From positions 6,234-70,233 of the forward strand of contig JAZLLH010000068.1 of NCBI GenBank assembly GCA_045598025.1: DNA of 64,000 nt, given 5' to 3'. The translations under genes were made by a program, and so were the position numbers. Below are positions 30,688 through 39,473 of this stretch, piece after piece. Numbering within the stretch: the stretch's first letter is position 1; each line of letters opens with the position of its first letter. Under the pieces are notes generated by a model. It was given only the letters and a program-made list of their open reading frames with translations. It did no database searches and had not been told where the DNA came from. This DNA is from Bacteroidales bacterium. GTDB lineage: Bacteria > Bacteroidota > Bacteroidia > Bacteroidales > WCHB1-69.

Positions 30688-31390
30688 GAAACCAGCCATC
30701 CGTACCCTCTGGACCATGGGAGCCATGGTCCTGCTCCTTTGCGGATGCCAGTCTCCGAATTTTACTCTCAGCGGGCATTTCGACCCTTGTCCCACCCATC
30801 AGGTTTATTTGGACGAAATCCTGCCCGATGGCATCAGAACGCTGGATACTCTACTGATTGTCAATGGTGATTTTTCCTATCGCATGGAGCATGAGGAAGC
30901 CGGCCTGTTCCGATTACGCTTCTCAGACACCAACTTTCTCACTTTTTCCGGAAAGGGGAACGACCGATTGGTATTTTCCGGAAACGCCGAAGATTTGCCG
31001 CATACCTATTCGGTTCGGGGCAATATATCCTCCGATATTCTGTGGAAAGCCAACTGCCGCATCAATGAGATGTATGCTCTGACCGACTCGCTCAGCCGGC
31101 TGTTTGTGCAAGCCAAAAACGGAGAAGAAATCCAAAAAATTTCCCAAACCCTGGACAGCTGCTACAACGCCCGATTCCAAATTTGCAAAAATCATTTGGA
31201 AGCACTGATACGAAACCATCCGGAGGACATTGCCGTGCTGCCGGTATTCTACCAGCGCGTAGGAACCCGGCCTTTTTTCTCCGAGAAGGAGGATACTGCA
31301 CTTTTCCAGGAAATGGTCAAAAATTTGACAGAATCCATGCCTGAAAATCCGCATGTCAAATATCTTCAGGAAAGAGTTTGCTATGAATAA
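30680..31390 (+). CDS. Lipoprotein, DUF4369-like N-terminal domain, no thioredoxin domain
   Basis: ATG 30680 gives a lipobox (…LLLCGCQS). The opening 'SGHF…' beta domain resembles the N-terminal module of Bacteroidota TlpA-like proteins. The rest is helical. Confidence 0.55.
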   Translation: MIKKPAIRTLWTMGAMVLLLCGCQSPNFTLSGHFDPCPTHQVYLDEILPDGIRTLDTLLIVNGDFSYRMEHEEAGLFRLRFSDTNFLTFSGKGNDRLVFSGNAEDLPHTYSVRGNISSDILWKANCRINEMYALTDSLSRLFVQAKNGEEIQKISQTLDSCYNARFQICKNHLEALIRNHPEDIAVLPVFYQRVGTRPFFSEKEDTALFQEMVKNLTESMPENPHVKYLQERVCYE

Positions 31391-32027
31391 GAAGGAACGT
31401 TTTGCCTATATCACCGAATATTTCCGGAAGGAAATGCCAGATGCCGGTCCGGAACTGCACTATCGGAACGCCTTCGAATTATTGGTCGCCGTCATATTAT
31501 CTGCCCAATGCACCGACAAACGGGTCAACATGGTTACGCCGGAACTGTTTGCCTCCTATCCGAATGCCGAAAGCATGGCGCAAGCGGAAATCGGACAGAT
31601 TTACGAAAAAATCAAAAGCGTCTCCTACCCCAACAACAAAGCCAGACATCTCAAAGGAATGTCGGAAAAACTGGTGCATGATTTTCACGGTGTCATCCCC
31701 GACAATGTGGAAGAAATGCAGCAACTCCCCGGTGTGGGACGCAAAACGGCCAATGTAGTGGCTGCCGTTATTTTCCATCAACCGGCCATGGCTGTGGACA
31801 CCCATGTTTTCCGTGTATCAGCACGCATAGGACTGAGTACGGGAGCCAAAACGCCTTTGGAAACCGAAAAACAATTGGTGGCCTATTTTCCCCGCACGGA
31901 TATTCCGGCCGCCCATCACTGGCTGATTCTACACGGACGCTATGTGTGCACTGCCCGCAAACCGCATTGCGAGACCTGCGGCATACGGGAAGCCTGCAAA
32001 TATTTTGAAACGCATAATACTATTTGA
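31383..32027 (+). CDS. nth: Endonuclease III
   Basis: HhH-GPD motif LPGVGRKTANVV and 4Fe-4S cluster loop CTARKPHCETCGIREAC. Start taken at ATG 31383. Confidence 0.93.
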   Translation: MNKKERFAYITEYFRKEMPDAGPELHYRNAFELLVAVILSAQCTDKRVNMVTPELFASYPNAESMAQAEIGQIYEKIKSVSYPNNKARHLKGMSEKLVHDFHGVIPDNVEEMQQLPGVGRKTANVVAAVIFHQPAMAVDTHVFRVSARIGLSTGAKTPLETEKQLVAYFPRTDIPAAHHWLILHGRYVCTARKPHCETCGIREACKYFETHNTI

Positions 32028-32029
32028 CA

Positions 32030-32827
32030 ATGAGATATTTCCTGCATATGGCATACAATGGGAGCAAATATTTCGGCTGGCAGATACAGCCGGACCAACC
32101 CAGCGTGCAGGAACGTATGGAACAGGTACTTTCCTCGCTCTTCAAGGAACGTATTGGCGTTACCGGAGCCGGACGCACAGATACCGGTGTTCACGCCTCC
32201 GATTTCTATGCACATTTTGATACCGATATTCCTCTGCTGCAGGACAAGGCGATGTGGCTATACCGAATCAATTCCTTCCTTCCGAATGATATTGCCGTAT
32301 ATGACATACTGGCGGTCCGACCGGAAGCGCACGCCCGCTTTGATGCATTGGAACGCACCTACCGGTATTTTCTCAGCTGCGAAAAGAATCCCTTTGTGCT
32401 GGATACTGCCTACCGCATTTATTTTCACGCAGACCTTGAAGCCATGAACCATTGTGCGGAAATTCTGAAAGAATACCGGGATTTTACCAGTTTTTCCAAA
32501 ACCCACACACAGACAAAAACCAACATTTGCAACATCACCCACGCCCATTGGCATAAGGAGGACTCTCTGCTGGTTTTCGAAATTACGGCCAATCGTTTTT
32601 TACGCAATATGGTACGCTCCATTGTGGGTACGCTCATTGAAGTGGGAAGGGGCAAATTGGATGAAAACGGATTCCGACAACTGATAGAGGCGAAAGACCG
32701 ATGCCGCGCGGGTACATCCGTACCGGCTCACGCCCTATACCTGACCCGAATCACTTATCCAGAACATATCTTCCTGCAGAGATCAGAGGAAGATTTAAGC
32801 ATACACAAGCCAATACAGATTATATAG
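32030..32827 (+). CDS. truA: tRNA pseudouridine(38-40) synthase
   Basis: Motifs MRYFLHMAYNGSKYFGWQ and catalytic GAGRTDTGVHA. ATG 32030 is preferred over TTG 32024. Confidence 0.92.
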   Translation: MRYFLHMAYNGSKYFGWQIQPDQPSVQERMEQVLSSLFKERIGVTGAGRTDTGVHASDFYAHFDTDIPLLQDKAMWLYRINSFLPNDIAVYDILAVRPEAHARFDALERTYRYFLSCEKNPFVLDTAYRIYFHADLEAMNHCAEILKEYRDFTSFSKTHTQTKTNICNITHAHWHKEDSLLVFEITANRFLRNMVRSIVGTLIEVGRGKLDENGFRQLIEAKDRCRAGTSVPAHALYLTRITYPEHIFLQRSEEDLSIHKPIQII

Positions 32828-34060
32828 CAGCATGTAATCCAGCATGTTATACTCCCCTTCGGTGGCATAATGCCACGGACAGAACAAAGAAAGGGAATGC
32901 CAAGGCATGGGAGAAGTCTCGTAACCGGTTTCTGTCTTCAAACGGTGCGCCCCTTCAGAAGGAGCCGCATCCAGATAATCCCGGAATATATCTTCTGGCA
33001 ACGGACTGGAAAGGGAATCTCCGTACAGCAGGTAATTGGACAAACTCAAATGCGGGAACAGTATCTGTTGCCCGTAATCCGGACGTTTCCGGGCCAAGGC
33101 AGAAGTTTGCTTATACAACCATTCATACGTACTGGACGCCCCTCTTCCTTTTTCATTGATGACAGCCGAAAGTATCAGCACTCCATACCAGTTGAATTTT
33201 CCGTCCTTATCGAAATCATAATGATTCTGTATAAAATTCCAGGTATTGCGGCTGGATGCCTTGTCTGATTTTCCGAAAACGGACGATCTGCCGGACAGGA
33301 TACCATATGCCTGACCATGGGCATATCGCAGCCAGCGAAGATCTCCTTCTTTTTGGATTTCCATTCCGTTGACCGGATTGACAACCCTCCAATGCTCCTT
33401 TCCTCTGACATCGGTATACTGCATGGCTTCCACCATATGGGCAGCAATACGGGCCGACATCCCGTTCAGTTCAGAATCTCCGACCAGTTTCTCGGTCAGC
33501 AGCAAACCCAAATAAGTTGCCCAGGCCTGATCTTGAGAAGGAGCGTTGCGGGTACTTCCTTCCTGCCCGCAAAAACGCGCGTAATCACTGGTAATTCCAT
33601 CCAATTGCAAGATAGAAAACAAATCAGCGGGAACGTCATCCCGCAAATAAAATCCATTTAAAGCAGGCTGTCCCCCCCAACAGTTTTCCGCCTCCAAATC
33701 CAGACGTTCGTACACCCTTAGCGCCTGTCGCAATTCACGCAATGTAGCAGAAGCCCCTACTGAATCCTTCTGCAGAATCAGACGGCGATACTCCGTTGCC
33801 AGTACGGCGACATAATGTCCCTGCCACCAGGTACCGTCCGCCCAAAAACCGATCTGACGTCCCTTGTCATCTGTTTTACGCCATTCCATCGGGATATTCG
33901 AGCCTTGAATATCTGCCGTGTCAGTATAATACATAAACTCCTTTTTCAGCCGTTCTCTGAAAAAACAGTATTTTCGGAAATTTGCATCCGGAGTCTGCGC
34001 CCGTAAACTGCCGGAACACAGACACAGCAGAAGCATCAGAATTGAAATCCTATTCTTCAT
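32795..34060 (-). CDS. Secreted hypothetical protein (421 aa)
   Basis: Signal peptide (…GSLRAQT). No motif I recognise. Its 3' end overlaps the truA 3' end by 33 nt, and its 5' end overlaps the lptC stop. Confidence 0.7.
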   Translation of the reverse strand: MKNRISILMLLLCLCSGSLRAQTPDANFRKYCFFRERLKKEFMYYTDTADIQGSNIPMEWRKTDDKGRQIGFWADGTWWQGHYVAVLATEYRRLILQKDSVGASATLRELRQALRVYERLDLEAENCWGGQPALNGFYLRDDVPADLFSILQLDGITSDYARFCGQEGSTRNAPSQDQAWATYLGLLLTEKLVGDSELNGMSARIAAHMVEAMQYTDVRGKEHWRVVNPVNGMEIQKEGDLRWLRYAHGQAYGILSGRSSVFGKSDKASSRNTWNFIQNHYDFDKDGKFNWYGVLILSAVINEKGRGASSTYEWLYKQTSALARKRPDYGQQILFPHLSLSNYLLYGDSLSSPLPEDIFRDYLDAAPSEGAHRLKTETGYETSPMPWHSLSLFCPWHYATEGEYNMLDYMLLYNLYWLVYA

Positions 34061-34607
34061 AAATCAATAATTTGGGCTGTGTGATGGTATAGTGTTCGAA
34101 ATTTTCATCGGATTCAAAACTGTCCCCAATATAGACGGAACCATCCGGACAGGTCTGTTTGGTTGTGGTATGGGAATACACCTTTTGAGCATCCATATCC
34201 CATATCAGATGCTCTGTCTCGATTTTTTCTCCCGTCTGCAAATTGCGGATAACCACTGTGTTTTTGGCTTCCATCATTCGCTTGTTTTCATAATGTACTC
34301 CGTATTTTGCCGTCAGCACGGCATTAGGGGTTCCGTCCGAAGTATAGTTAATTATTTTCAATCCTTTAGGTGTTTCCTGATAGGATTGCGGCTCGTGATA
34401 TACACAATACAGAGGGGCGGAAAATTCGTACGAAAGTTTGCCTCCTCTGCTGACGTACAGCAACAGATGGTCTGAAACTTCCGAAGGACCAGAGCGCTTT
34501 ACGTACATCTGGCTGATTTCCTCCTCATCGTTTCGGCAGGAAATACAAGTAATAGCCGCCAGAAAGACGGCTATTACCACATATCGCACACCGGTTTTCA
34601 AACCCAT
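34050..34607 (-). CDS. lptC: LPS export protein LptC-like
   Basis: 185 aa with an N-terminal anchor or lipobox, beta-jellyroll-like sequence, and conserved placement downstream of the coaX/OMP/TPR genes. Confidence 0.6.
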   Translation of the reverse strand: MGLKTGVRYVVIAVFLAAITCISCRNDEEEISQMYVKRSGPSEVSDHLLLYVSRGGKLSYEFSAPLYCVYHEPQSYQETPKGLKIINYTSDGTPNAVLTAKYGVHYENKRMMEAKNTVVIRNLQTGEKIETEHLIWDMDAQKVYSHTTTKQTCPDGSVYIGDSFESDENFEHYTITQPKLLIYEE

Positions 34608-36064
34608 TAACGCACTGTTGTCACTTCGTTAATCCAGCCTTCTACACGATAGCTCTGTCCTTTTTGGAAACCTCTCTGGAAATAGGTTTCCGTTTTGGGG
34701 AAGTGAGCGGAGGCATTGGAAAGCCCCTGCTGAGCCTGCTGGTAAATTTTCATCTGCTTTTCGTCATTATCCTTCAGACTGGCGGCTATCGACATGGCCT
34801 TGCTGTACTTGTCTGCAGCTGCCCAGTTGGCAGCACCGGGGATATCCGTACTTGTTCCGGAATAAGCGTACAGGTCACCAATAAGAATGTAGGCCTTCGC
34901 ATTGGAGGGATTCATACGCAACACCTTATATGCATATTCTCTGGCCGTCGAGTACTGATGCATCTGCATATAGTTCTGTCCTATCATCAGATAGGTGTTG
35001 ATGGTATCCGACTTTTTCGTGTACAGGGACAAAGCTTCCTCGAGATATTTCACAGACTGCGTATAATCTTTTTCCATATAGGAATTGACTCCCATATAGA
35101 AAGCGGTCTGCGCCGTCGGGGCAATGCTGTGGATTTTCTTCACAGCATCCACATACACACTGTTGGAAGTGCAGTTCTTTTTGTTGAACAGTTTGATGAT
35201 CTGACGCAGCAACTTTTCATCGTCATTCTGCTCCAGTTTCTTTCCGTAGATGTCAATCAGGTTTTCGCAAGTTCCGTACTTGGAGAATCCGCGGTCAATG
35301 TTGTTGGACACCTTCAGGTAAGAATTGTATTTCGAATACGTTTTGGCGGAATCCACTGCAAAATCCTCATACCATGCATCGTACACATCCTGGCCGATTT
35401 TGTGGCTGTCGAGTTGCTCGCGCAAAGCATAGATTTTGTCCATCACCTTCTGGAAATCATCCTCACTGACTTCCATCACTGCATCCAGAACTTCCGTCAC
35501 ATCGTCGTAGGCATTGATCACGATATCCGTTCCCAAGCGTTTGTTGTTCATATAGCGCTCGGACGTGAGAAAATACACGTTCAGCACCTGAGGAGAAGTG
35601 GCGGCCCCGCACAGAGCGACCGAATTTTTCAACATTTCGTAAGCCTGCTCATAGTTGTATGCACGGAACTTCATGGTATACAGACCGACTTGTCCCATGC
35701 AGTATCCCTCATCCTCGGGATAGTATGATTTGCGAAGTTCAAACAAGTCAAACAAATCCTGCACATAGCGGGATTTCAGAGCCGTATCGTTGGCTTTTTC
35801 CGCCATGCTGATTTTATACTCCAAGATGGGCACGCCATTTATAAAGACATTCTTGGTTGACATAGGGCAACTGTCAAGAACCGCCTTCCAAAAAGGATAG
35901 GCCTCTTCATAATTTTTCTTTTTTACCGCATCACGGAACAGGGAAATATTCTTTCTGCAACCCACACTGTCCTCTCCGAATTTGGACTGGGCTTTGACTC
36001 CATTAGAAAACGACACCATCAGGATAATCGTCATCAAAAATGCTGCATTGCGTTTCATAATCAT
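34607..36064 (-). CDS. TPR-like secreted protein
   Basis: 485 aa with a signal peptide. Helical-repeat composition with TPR-like A/Y spacing in the C-terminal half. Confidence 0.6.
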   Translation of the reverse strand: MIMKRNAAFLMTIILMVSFSNGVKAQSKFGEDSVGCRKNISLFRDAVKKKNYEEAYPFWKAVLDSCPMSTKNVFINGVPILEYKISMAEKANDTALKSRYVQDLFDLFELRKSYYPEDEGYCMGQVGLYTMKFRAYNYEQAYEMLKNSVALCGAATSPQVLNVYFLTSERYMNNKRLGTDIVINAYDDVTEVLDAVMEVSEDDFQKVMDKIYALREQLDSHKIGQDVYDAWYEDFAVDSAKTYSKYNSYLKVSNNIDRGFSKYGTCENLIDIYGKKLEQNDDEKLLRQIIKLFNKKNCTSNSVYVDAVKKIHSIAPTAQTAFYMGVNSYMEKDYTQSVKYLEEALSLYTKKSDTINTYLMIGQNYMQMHQYSTAREYAYKVLRMNPSNAKAYILIGDLYAYSGTSTDIPGAANWAAADKYSKAMSIAASLKDNDEKQMKIYQQAQQGLSNASAHFPKTETYFQRGFQKGQSYRVEGWINEVTTVR

Positions 36065-36130
36065 TCACTTTTTATCGTTTGCACTTTGTTTTTTTCTCAA
36101 ACAACCAAAAACCATACCGAAAAAAGAAAA

Positions 36131-37405
36131 TCAATCCAATTTTCGGCGTTGATACCATTTTTCGTGCAACTGCAATTGCAGCAGCACACGGAAATACCGT
36201 TCTTCAATCCCGGATGTACTTTTGGGACCGAACACGCCTACCTCGCCCTGAATGCCGACTTGAGTTTTGCTTTTCTTCATCGGGAAAGCCAGACCGAAAT
36301 CCAGTCCCATGCGCCGGAAGTCATCTCCGCCTATCTGCAGGCAATGCTGCTCGTAAAAAGCGCCCAGCATATAGGTCGTTTTGGCCAGGTAGCGATTTCC
36401 CTGAGCATTGGGGACAAAGCGTCCTCCCAAGGATATCCGATAGGAATCATGAAGACTGTCCGCCTCTTCGCCCAGGCGGAAAACACTCCAGGTGGAATAG
36501 GAAAAATCGGCTCCTACCCAGAAATGCTCGGCCTCTGCAAAGGAAATACCCAAACCGAATTCAGAAGGATTGCTTAGGTGTTCGGTCCGGGACTTCTTGT
36601 CTGCATTGTTCCAGGCCAAGGTATCAATGGGGAGATCGGAAGATCCGGAAGTCTGATAAGTCAGATGGTACAGACTCCTGTCCACTTTGATGAGAGACGG
36701 AATGGACGGAGTGTACGTCAATCCGAAACCGATTTCCTTGTGGCCGATAGGCTGCACATACTGCAGACCTGCTTTCAGAAGCAGTCCATGCACCCTGTAC
36801 TCGTCTTCACTGCGCATATTGAAATACTCATCATTTTCAAAAACCAATTCATGACAACGCCGGCTCGTTCCGAACAGATAGGAAGCCTGCAGACCGACAG
36901 AAAGCCTTGAAAACAGTTCCACTCCGTTTCCCCAAAACACCTCATACGTACCACCTTCGCCTATGTCATTGCGGGAGCAAAGGACATCCTGATACGAAAA
37001 ACGGTAATTGACGGAGGAAAATGGCTGAATTCCGAAAGCAGTGGACCAATGGGCAGTAACCGGAAGACCAAGGAAAAAATATTCCATGTCGGCGGTACTT
37101 CCCTGCTGCCGGGCTCCCGATTCAGTCAGCACGTGGGACCGGTATGAAAAAGCAGCCTCCAGCACAGACGAAAGGGAATCAAAAGCTGTATATGAAGCCG
37201 GATTCAAGCAGTTGACAACCGTAGATGAACGGAAAGCGAAACCGGTACCTCCCATTCCCTGAGTGACGGCCGACGAACGGGCCTGCATTTCTCCCCATCC
37301 GAAACGGGAATAGGGAGTACTCAGGTGCACTTGGGCGGACAAGCCCATGGCAAAACCACACGCCAGGCATAGTATTAAAATATTTTTCCTATTATTTCTC
37401 AACAT
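36131..37405 (-). CDS. Outer-membrane beta-barrel protein (putative porin family)
   Basis: 424 aa with a signal peptide (…GLSAQ). Alternating amphipathic strands throughout and an aromatic-rich C-terminus. Confidence 0.6.
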   Translation of the reverse strand: MLRNNRKNILILCLACGFAMGLSAQVHLSTPYSRFGWGEMQARSSAVTQGMGGTGFAFRSSTVVNCLNPASYTAFDSLSSVLEAAFSYRSHVLTESGARQQGSTADMEYFFLGLPVTAHWSTAFGIQPFSSVNYRFSYQDVLCSRNDIGEGGTYEVFWGNGVELFSRLSVGLQASYLFGTSRRCHELVFENDEYFNMRSEDEYRVHGLLLKAGLQYVQPIGHKEIGFGLTYTPSIPSLIKVDRSLYHLTYQTSGSSDLPIDTLAWNNADKKSRTEHLSNPSEFGLGISFAEAEHFWVGADFSYSTWSVFRLGEEADSLHDSYRISLGGRFVPNAQGNRYLAKTTYMLGAFYEQHCLQIGGDDFRRMGLDFGLAFPMKKSKTQVGIQGEVGVFGPKSTSGIEERYFRVLLQLQLHEKWYQRRKLD

Positions 37406-38120
37406 AATAGTTCATTATTTTATAAAGTCCATAGAATAACAGGTACGGATTTGCAAAGGTAGGATTTTTTAGCTTACCTTTTACCTTTTCGGCATCTCCT
37501 CCCGTTAAAATAAATACAATATCCTCATATTCAGTTATGTATTTTTCAATCATGGCATCACACTCGGAAACAAACCCCCGACATACACCGGCACGAATGG
37601 ATGAAAAGGTAGTCGTTCCTACCAAAGGGACTTCCATATCCGCCTCCACAAGCGGCAGACGGGATGTGAACGCATGCAAAGCCTTCAACCGCATCTCCAA
37701 ACCGAGAGTAATGCTGCCTCCTCTGTACACGGCATCTGCCGTCAGCAGATCAAAAGTCATGCAGCTTCCGCACTGTATGACCACCACATTCCTTCCCGGA
37801 TACAGGTAGCGGGCAGCCACCATGCAACCCAGACGGTCCGCACCCAAAGTTTCAGGCGTTTCATAGGCAATCCGTATGGGAAGCGGACGCAAAGCGGAAG
37901 GCATGTATACTTCGAATTCCTTACGCAAGGCGGTCGGAAGCGGATCGTCAGAAGCAGCCACAGAAGAGTACATCAAATGGCGTATACCGTATTTTTCTTT
38001 CCACTCCATCAGCACATTCACAGGCAGTTCGGGATATCTGACAAACTCCAGAAGGCGGTCGTCTTCGTACACGGCCGCCTTCTGTAAGGTATTTCCTTTA
38101 TCTATGACAATTCCTTTCAC
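37392..38120 (-). CDS. coaX: Type III pantothenate kinase
   Basis: 242 aa. N-terminus IDKGNT… and a GADR motif (TLGADRL), characteristic of CoaX. Confidence 0.88.
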   Translation of the reverse strand: MKGIVIDKGNTLQKAAVYEDDRLLEFVRYPELPVNVLMEWKEKYGIRHLMYSSVAASDDPLPTALRKEFEVYMPSALRPLPIRIAYETPETLGADRLGCMVAARYLYPGRNVVVIQCGSCMTFDLLTADAVYRGGSITLGLEMRLKALHAFTSRLPLVEADMEVPLVGTTTFSSIRAGVCRGFVSECDAMIEKYITEYEDIVFILTGGDAEKVKGKLKNPTFANPYLLFYGLYKIMNYYVEK

Positions 38121-38123
38121 ACG

Positions 38124-39176
38124 TCAGATAATCAACATAGCATCCCCGAAAGGAAGGAATCTGTATTTTTCCTGCAAAGCCTGCTGATAGGCTTCCATCA
38201 CCAATTCGTAACCTCCGAAAGCACAGGTAATCATCAGCATTCCGGATTGGGGAGGATTCAGACTGGTCAGCAGCATATCAGCCGAGAGAAACTCATAAGG
38301 CGGAAAGATAAACTTATTGGTCCAACCCTTATACGGCTTGATGAGGCCAGACATGTAGACAGAGGATTCCAATGCCTTCAGCGAAGTCGTTCCTACACAA
38401 CAGACCCGGTGGCCCGACTCCTTCGCCTTGTTGACCAGGCTGGCCGTTTCATCGGAAATTTCCATTTCCTCCGAATCGATTTTGTGCTTCGCCAGGTCCT
38501 CTACATCAATTTCTTTGAAATTACCGATACCTGCATGCAGCGTTATATCGGCAAAGTTCACACCCTGAATTTCCAGGAGTTTCAGCGTACGTTTCGTAAA
38601 ATGCAGACCACTGGAAGGGGCTACAACCGCTCCGTCCCGCTTGGCGTAGATGGTCTGGTAATCTTTTTGATCACACGGTTCAACCTCCCTCAGCCGGAGC
38701 AGTTGCTCCGGAAGCGGCATCTGCCCCAAAGAAAACAGTTTTTCTACAAATTCCTCGTGAGAACCGGAAAAAAGAAACCTCAGAGTACGGCCTCTGGAAG
38801 TGGTGTTGTCAATCACTTCGGCCACCATATTCCCATCGTCAAAAAACAATTTGTTTCCGATACGGATTTTCCGCGCAGGATCCACCAGAACATCCCATAA
38901 ACGGCTTTCCGCATCCAGTTCCCGCAACAGAAACACACTGATAAACGTATCTGTACTCTCTTTCTGTCCTGTCAACATAGCCGGAATCACACGTGTGTCG
39001 TTTCTTACCAGCACATCGCCATCACCCAGATAATCGAGAATGTCTTTGAACCGCCGGTGAGTAATGGTCTGCTTTTTCCGGTCCACCACCATCAAACGGT
39101 CTTCATCCCTGTCTTCCAAAGGATGAAGGGCAATCATTTCTTGCGGAAGAAAGTACTTAAATTGCGATAATTTCAT
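38124..39176 (-). CDS. queA: S-adenosylmethionine:tRNA ribosyltransferase-isomerase
   Basis: From ATG 39176: MKLSQFKYFLPQEMIA…P…RD. About 350 aa. Conserved VGTTS and GGYEL-type blocks. Confidence 0.92.
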   Translation of the reverse strand: MKLSQFKYFLPQEMIALHPLEDRDEDRLMVVDRKKQTITHRRFKDILDYLGDGDVLVRNDTRVIPAMLTGQKESTDTFISVFLLRELDAESRLWDVLVDPARKIRIGNKLFFDDGNMVAEVIDNTTSRGRTLRFLFSGSHEEFVEKLFSLGQMPLPEQLLRLREVEPCDQKDYQTIYAKRDGAVVAPSSGLHFTKRTLKLLEIQGVNFADITLHAGIGNFKEIDVEDLAKHKIDSEEMEISDETASLVNKAKESGHRVCCVGTTSLKALESSVYMSGLIKPYKGWTNKFIFPPYEFLSADMLLTSLNPPQSGMLMITCAFGGYELVMEAYQQALQEKYRFLPFGDAMLII

Positions 39177-39404
39177 GTGTTCTATCTCTTGATTAAAAAA
39201 CTTTGTGCCGGCACTGCTCCCCGACAATCACTACATAATGGATTGGATAAACGCAACACACAGTTGATTTATTTTGCAGATTGAAAAAAAAATCGATATT
39301 CTGACGCAGACAATGCAAATACCGGATTTCCAGTCAGGGAAAGGACTCAAAAAAAAGAGAAAATTTGATGGGCATCAAACAACTTTACATATATATTTTT
39401 TTTG

Positions 39405-39412
39405 TATATTTG
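39405..39412 (+). promoter_or_regulatory. -7 box TAtaTTTG upstream of pheT
   Basis: Exact TAnnTTTG match, 61 nt upstream of ATG 39474. Confidence 0.45.
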
Positions 39413-39473
39413 CAGTTTGTGCTCTCCTCTGTTATAGAGCATATATATTTTTGAAAACAAAACAGTTAAATAT

